Origin: Candidatus Latescibacterota bacterium
Lineage (GTDB): Bacteria > Latescibacterota > UBA2968
Direction of reading: 5' to 3'
Assembly (NCBI GenBank): GCA_965208125.1
Contig: OZ242320.1
Span: forward strand, 2,048,001 to 2,112,000
DNA length: 64,000 bases
Shown: piece after piece, positions 62,528 through 64,000 of the stretch
How the letters are laid out: each line of letters begins with the position of its first letter
Position numbering within the stretch: position 1 is the stretch's first letter
Made by a program: the position numbers and the translations under genes
The notes under the pieces: generated by a model
Databases searched by the model: none
Told to the model about the DNA's origin: nothing
What the model saw: only the letters and a program-made list of their open reading frames with translations

Positions 62528-63391
62528 TCAAGGCGCAGGTCGTCTCACTGTCTCTTCAAAGTAAGTTGTCTCCGGATTGTCAATCCAATCGCCAACCCAA
62601 CCCAGTTCCTTTAGTCCGCTTTGAACAATTGGCAATGTCGCCCGCAATTCTTTCACGGGTATCCAGTCGCGCCAGTTGCGGTCGGCCGGTGGGGCGAGAA
62701 ATTCTCTCATGCCGCCTACTGCCCGTTGAATCGATGGATATACCATCGCGCCCAGTTGTGTCTGTTTGGCCGCTTCAACCAGCCATTTGTCGTAGGGAAA
62801 CGGCTGTCTGTCAGCGACGCAGCACATTTTGCAGAGGTGCTCAATGACGTTTCCAACCGCAACAAACGCTGTTTCCACCTTATTTCGAGCTGCCATAGCC
62901 AGTGGACCGCGCTGCGAGTAATGATACTTGCCGAATATCCACTTCAACTTGCTCTCTGCGACCGCTGGCGGATACAGGGAATAGCGATGTTTCAGCTCTT
63001 CAGCGATATTTGAACTACCGTAGAGGGTTCGCGAGGTGGCAATAACCCACATCATCTCATCCGGGTATGTTTCCAACCACGCCCGCAGGTCATCTTCATC
63101 GTAAAACGACCAGTGGGCTTCGTAGTCGCCTCTATCGACGAAGAGTTGCCCGCTTCGTTCATAAGTCCTCCGATCTTCACCGGAAAGGGGCCGCTTATCG
63201 CCAATGATACAAAGGTCGAGGTCTGACCATTCATCGGCAAAGTTAGCGGCGCGACTCCCAATCAACATGAGGACAGCGCGTTTACCCATTCGTTGGCAAG
63301 AATCTATGGCTCGATTGATGAACTGTTGATCTTCTGGACTGAAACGAATCTTTTCTCTCATTGCAGACATCTCCCGGACGGTTGTTGTCAA
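62528..63391 (-). CDS. Nucleotidyltransferase with DUF4037-like C-terminal domain
   Basis: GSRAANFADEWSDLDL, YP, PYDKWL; start uncertain. Confidence 0.78.
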   Translation of the reverse strand: MTTTVREMSAMREKIRFSPEDQQFINRAIDSCQRMGKRAVLMLIGSRAANFADEWSDLDLCIIGDKRPLSGEDRRTYERSGQLFVDRGDYEAHWSFYDEDDLRAWLETYPDEMMWVIATSRTLYGSSNIAEELKHRYSLYPPAVAESKLKWIFGKYHYSQRGPLAMAARNKVETAFVAVGNVIEHLCKMCCVADRQPFPYDKWLVEAAKQTQLGAMVYPSIQRAVGGMREFLAPPADRNWRDWIPVKELRATLPIVQSGLKELGWVGDWIDNPETTYFEETVRRPAP

Positions 63392-63399
63392 GGTTATTC

Positions 63400-63438
63400 A
63401 TATTAGACTGCACGGATGAAAATTGTACGTCGCGGTGT
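63400..63438. repeat. 39-nt direct repeat, copy 2
   Basis: 33/39 identical to 58470..58508. Confidence 0.7.
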
Positions 63439-63460
63439 CTTGCATATTGAAGTTTTCTTT

Positions 63461-63488
63461 TTGATATTATACGGCAATGCCGTATATT
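63461..63488 (+). promoter_or_regulatory. sigma70-like promoter with palindromic operator
   Basis: TTGATA-N16-TATATT with TATACGGCA-A-TGCCGTATA (63468..63486). Confidence 0.65.
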
Positions 63489-63511
63489 TTATTTTCGTGA
63501 GGAGATTGAAA

Positions 63512-63784
63512 ATGAATGAAAAGAATAGAAATATCGGTCAAGAGATTCTATCTGGCCTACAGGAAATCAAGCGCGGCGAACACGGTCGTATTATCACGGT
63601 ACCTGATATTGCTCAAACGAGAGCGAAAGTGGGTCTTTCTCAAACGCAGTTTGCCCAATTGATGGGTGTCTCTGTTCGCACACTGCAAGATTGGGAGCAA
63701 GGCCGCCGCCGTCCATCAGGTGCTGCCCGGACACTACTGATGATCGCAGACAAAAACCCGCAAGCGATATTGGATGTGATGTGA
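63512..63784 (+). CDS. XRE-HTH protein (YiaG/HigA2-like orphan antitoxin)
   Basis: GLSQTQFAQLMGVSVRTLQDWEQGRRRPSGAARTLL; GAGGAG upstream. Confidence 0.9.
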   Translation: MNEKNRNIGQEILSGLQEIKRGEHGRIITVPDIAQTRAKVGLSQTQFAQLMGVSVRTLQDWEQGRRRPSGAARTLLMIADKNPQAILDVM

Positions 63785-63923
63785 GAATATGTAATCTGAA
63801 ATCTGGCATAGAATCAAAAAATAAAACCCTGCTTGCTTGAGTAGGGCTTTGGCGTAATTAGAACAGAATTGATCGCGTTATCCCGTGATGGTTCTACACG
63901 GAATCAGACCAGTTCAACATCAG

Positions 63924-63998
63924 TTATTCCCCAAGGTCGTCAATGACGTCAAAAATATAATCTCGCAGCCACGATTCTGGCTCAGAATGCGATTTCAG
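63924..63998 (-). CDS. Possible 3' end of a gene entering from outside the window
   Basis: Open frame ..LKSHSEPESWLRDYIFDVIDDLGE*; too short to classify. Confidence 0.3.
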   Translation of the reverse strand: MKSHSEPESWLRDYIFDVIDDLGE

Positions 63999-64000
63999 AA

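Overview
Bacterial chromosomal window of roughly 50% GC. No rRNA, tRNA, CRISPR, integrase or transposase was recognised. Gene content (GWxTD protein, PhyH dioxygenases, many MacB-type permeases) suggests an FCB-group organism, but this is inference only. The first 46.6 kb are a co-oriented minus-strand array of 12 full-length MacB/FtsX-type ABC permeases (~790-830 aa) plus one internally deleted mini-permease, with only one ABC ATPase and one periplasmic adaptor. The array is split into five units. Each unit is headed by a near-identical cassette: a sigma54 -24/-12 promoter and, 62-63 nt upstream, a double TGT-N10/11-ACA enhancer. Toxin-antitoxin pairs sit at most unit boundaries. The paralogs are mosaic, with hypervariable periplasmic segments, and there are many recombination scars: an in-frame mini-permease, a 10-codon remnant of a deleted GWxTD gene, an 80-nt 5' swap, a 75-nt internal duplication and chimeric TA genes. 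The right part holds an MFS transporter, a sugar-acid/PhyH catabolic cluster, a GAF-kinase/NarL/Rieske locus, an ECF sigma factor behind a putative attenuator, GTAG-type REP elements and a cargo island flanked by 39-nt direct repeats.
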